Assembly (NCBI GenBank): GCA_964548515.1
Contig: CAZJSF010000004.1
Coordinates: forward strand, 1 to 37,558
DNA: 37,558 nucleotides
Source of the DNA: an uncultured Thermodesulfobacteriota bacterium
Lineage (GTDB): Bacteria > Desulfobacterota > Deferrisomatia > Deferrisomatales > JACRMM01
Reading direction: 5' to 3'
Shown: piece after piece, positions 35,055 to 37,558 of the stretch
Layout of the letters: every line of letters starts with the position of its first letter
How positions within the stretch are numbered: position 1 is the first letter of the stretch
Notes under the pieces: generated by a model
Told to the model about the DNA's origin: nothing
The model's input: only the letters and a program-made list of their open reading frames with translations
The model's database searches: none
Made by a program: the position numbers and the translations under genes

Positions 35055-36812
35055 ATGACCGAACGCGGCCCCACCCTTCCCGACTTGCTCCAGCGGGTCT
35101 CCCACCCCGACTTCCCCTGGGCGCTCGAGTGCGTCTTCCGGACCTTCAACGACCTCATCAACGTCGACGCCCGCCAGTCGTGGCGCCGGATCCTCCACGA
35201 CGCCTCCCGCATCATCGTCGAGTTCCTCGGGGCCGAGGCGGCGTCCATCCGGATTCACGAGCCCCACCAGAACCAGATGGTGTCCTTCGGCTCCTACCAC
35301 TACGACGAATCCCGGCGGGAGTCCGCGATCCCGTTCGACGAGAGCATCGCGGGGTGGGTCGTGTCCACCGGGAGGAGCCGGGTGGTCTCCGACATCGCCT
35401 CGGACCCGGACTACCACGACAAGTCGGTGGTGGCCCAGGGGCTGCGGAGCCTCGTCGCCGTCCCCCTCATCATCCCCCGGTTCGTCGCCGAGGCCGCCGA
35501 CGTGCGGGGAGCCATCCACGTCTACTACCGGGAGGCCCAGAGGGCGTTCTCCCCGGCGGAGGTGCTCACCGCGGAGCTCATGGCCCAGCGCGTGAGCTAC
35601 GTGATCGCCCGGAAGCGGATCGCCGAACTGCGGCGGGTGAACCAGAAGAAGGAGTGGGTCGTCGAGAAGATCTTCGCCAAGCTCTCCCTGGAGGGGGGCA
35701 TCAAGATGAAGGAGATCTTCCGCATGATGGTGGAAGAGCTCCAGGACATCATCAAGGTGCAGAGCTGCACGCTGTTCGCCGTGTCCGACGACGGGGAGAG
35801 CGCGGTGCTCGAGAGCGGATGGCCGGAGGAGGGGGGCTACCACACCATCGGGAAGGCCTTCGTGCTGAGGGACCACCCCTACCTTAGGGTCGTGGTGCGG
35901 GGCGACCGGCCCTTCGGCGACACCGACAACGAGCGCGTCCACCCGTCGTACCTGCTGATCAAGAACCCCCAGGCGAGCGGTCTCGTGACCGAGAACCTGC
36001 GGCGCTTCGCGCGCGCCCACAACATCAACTCCATCCTCTACGTGCCCCTCCGCATCGGCGACCGGGTGAGCTACGTGCTCGTGTTCGACGCCGTGGACAA
36101 GCGCCGCTTCTTCGCCGACGAGGAGATCGAGATCCTCACCTTCTTCGGGAAGCAGATCACCCAGGCCCTGGAGATCGAGCGCCTCGACGACATCCTGCAC
36201 GACTTCAAGAACCCGGCCATCGCCGTGGCGGGCTTCGCCCGGCGGGTGCGCCGGATGCTCGAGCGGGGCGACGAGCGACGCGAGGAGATGCTTCGCTTCC
36301 TCGACGTCATCATCCAGGAGGGGACCCGCCTCCAGGAGATGGCCGTCAGCCTCTCGCCGGCCGCGAAGCCCGAGACGCTCGACTTCTCGGAGATCGTGCG
36401 AGCGCGCTTCCTCATCAACGAGGAGGCGATCCGGGAGCAGAAGCGGGCGGGCATCGTCCTCGATGCGAGGGGGATCGAGGAGGGGCTGCGGGTGAGCACG
36501 GGCCGGCTGGCCCTGGAGAGGGTCCTGGACAACCTGCTCAACAACGCGACCAAGGCCATCCCCCGGGAGGGGGGAAGCCTGGGGGTCCGGACCGGCAGGT
36601 CGGCGGGCATGGCCTGGGCGGAGATCACCAACTCCGGGCAGATCCCCGAGGCCGAGATCTCGCGCATCCTCTCGGCCGACGTCTCCGGCCGGGGCCTCAA
36701 CATCGTGTACCGCTTCGCCCGCTCCCTGGGCGGGTTGGTGGAGGTGCGGGTCGACGCCGAGAAGGACACCACCACCTTCCGCATCTCCCTGCCCCTGCTG
36801 GAGGAACCGTGA
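35055..36812 (+). CDS. Cytoplasmic sensor histidine kinase with two GAF-like domains
   Basis: ORF 35001..36812 trimmed to ATG 35055. There are two GAF-like regions of about 170 aa each and no TM segment. The H-box is LHDFKNPAIAVAGFARR and the N-box is LDNLLNNATKAI, with a G-box region GRGLNIVYRFARSLGG. 585 aa. Confidence 0.85.
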   Translation: MTERGPTLPDLLQRVSHPDFPWALECVFRTFNDLINVDARQSWRRILHDASRIIVEFLGAEAASIRIHEPHQNQMVSFGSYHYDESRRESAIPFDESIAGWVVSTGRSRVVSDIASDPDYHDKSVVAQGLRSLVAVPLIIPRFVAEAADVRGAIHVYYREAQRAFSPAEVLTAELMAQRVSYVIARKRIAELRRVNQKKEWVVEKIFAKLSLEGGIKMKEIFRMMVEELQDIIKVQSCTLFAVSDDGESAVLESGWPEEGGYHTIGKAFVLRDHPYLRVVVRGDRPFGDTDNERVHPSYLLIKNPQASGLVTENLRRFARAHNINSILYVPLRIGDRVSYVLVFDAVDKRRFFADEEIEILTFFGKQITQALEIERLDDILHDFKNPAIAVAGFARRVRRMLERGDERREEMLRFLDVIIQEGTRLQEMAVSLSPAAKPETLDFSEIVRARFLINEEAIREQKRAGIVLDARGIEEGLRVSTGRLALERVLDNLLNNATKAIPREGGSLGVRTGRSAGMAWAEITNSGQIPEAEISRILSADVSGRGLNIVYRFARSLGGLVEVRVDAEKDTTTFRISLPLLEEP

Positions 36813-37558
36813 CGCCCGCCGACCGCCTGGTCGGGGCCCTCGTCCAGGATGGGACGGTTCTCGTGCGCGCCGCCGAGACTTCGGCGGTGTGCGAGCAGGC
36901 GCGGCTCGCCCACGGGGCTTCCCCCACGGCCACCGCCGCCCTCGGGCGGGCGCTCACGGGGGCCCTCCTGCTGGGCAGCCTTCTCAAGGGTCGCCAGTCG
37001 GTCCTCCTCCAGTGGCGTGGGGAGGGCGTGCTGGGCCCGGTGGTGGCCGAGGGGCGGCCGGACCTCACGGTTCGCGGGTACGCGGGGAATCCCCTGGCGG
37101 ACATGCCCGCCCGCGGCGGCAAGATCGACGTGGGAGGGGCGGTGGGGGCCGCGGGGAACCTGGTGGTCGTCAAGGACCTCGGGCTCCGGGAGCCCTACGT
37201 CTCCACGGTGCCCCTCCGGAGCGGCGAGATGGGCGAGGACCTCGCCTACTACCTCCTGGTGAGCGAGCAGGTCCCGTCGGCGGTGGGCCTGGGCGTGTTC
37301 GTCTCCGCCGACCGGTCCGTCGGAGCGGCGGGGGGCATCCTCGTCCAGACCCTGCCCGGGGCGCCGGAGGAACTCAGCGAGCGCCTCGCGGAGAACATGG
37401 CGCGGCTGGGGTCGGTCACCGGGGTGCTGCGCGCGGGGGAGGGGGCGGAGGGCCTCCTGGGGCGGGCCCTCGACGGGATCCCGTTCCGCTCCGAGGAACT
37501 CGGGAACCCACGCTTCCTCTGCCGCTGCGGGCCCGACCGCCTCGACGCCACCCTGGCG
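36809..37558 (+). CDS. hslO: Redox-regulated chaperone Hsp33; 3' end runs off the window
   Basis: Absent from the ORF track (no stop in the window). The GTG 36809 start overlaps the kinase stop (GTGA). Translation: VTPADRLVGALVQDGTVLVRAAETSAVCEQARLAHGASPTATAALGRALTGALLLGS...LVVVKDLGLREPYVSTVPLRSGEMGEDLAYYLLVSEQVPSAVGLGV...GGILVQTLPGA...FLCRCGPDRL, which includes the first CxC of the Hsp33 zinc centre. Confidence 0.85.
   Translation, partial: MTPADRLVGALVQDGTVLVRAAETSAVCEQARLAHGASPTATAALGRALTGALLLGSLLKGRQSVLLQWRGEGVLGPVVAEGRPDLTVRGYAGNPLADMPARGGKIDVGGAVGAAGNLVVVKDLGLREPYVSTVPLRSGEMGEDLAYYLLVSEQVPSAVGLGVFVSADRSVGAAGGILVQTLPGAPEELSERLAENMARLGSVTGVLRAGEGAEGLLGRALDGIPFRSEELGNPRFLCRCGPDRLDATLA

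Overview
This is a 37.6 kb chromosomal segment that looks very GC-rich by eye (about two-thirds to 70% G+C, not computed). Real genes show strongly G/C-ending codons, and the opposite strands carry many long Arg/Pro/Gly-rich artefact ORFs. I support 32 protein-coding genes, two of which run off the window edges and are therefore absent from the ORF track: cbiL at the 5' edge and hslO at the 3' edge. I also support one cobalamin riboswitch, several sigma70-type promoters, several intrinsic terminators and two short tandem repeats. I found no rRNA, tRNA, CRISPR array, transposase or prophage signature. Gene content, in order: (1) a B12-riboswitch-led operon of ABC ATPase, ABC-2 permease and cbiL; (2) a geranylgeranyl-reductase-like flavoprotein; (3) an AEC transporter; (4) typA; (5) a tetraheme cytochrome c / Tat-FeS / NrfD membrane redox module; (6) a lipoprotein plus MlaE, MlaF and a long MlaD; (7) a stand-alone IMP cyclohydrolase domain with purD and purE; (8) a monocistronic cytochrome c3; (9) a stand-alone MshEN (c-di-GMP receptor type) protein plus a small HNH protein; (10) a 927-aa S41 peptidase; (11) era and der; (12) an M24 peptidase; (13) a small membrane protein plus an SSS-GAF histidine kinase, a response regulator and a REC-kinase; (14) xerD; (15) a lipoprotein; (16) a DHH-CBS-CCA-adding enzyme; (17) an HD hydrolase; (18) a GAF-GAF kinase with hslO. 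The content suggests an anaerobic, diderm, deltaproteobacteria-like organism (Desulfobacterota/Myxococcota-type); this is inference only. The most unusual observations are: the B12 riboswitch controlling an exporter-type ABC-2 transporter; the textbook tandem c-di-GMP motifs in an ATPase-less MshEN protein next to an HNH nuclease; the three-gene cytochrome/FeS/NrfD module with a palindromic operator; the envelope-spanning-looking MlaD; a purH reduced to its cyclohydrolase domain; and a heptanucleotide microsatellite. All calls come from reading the sequence and recalling family motifs. No searches were run, and start codons are the least certain part.
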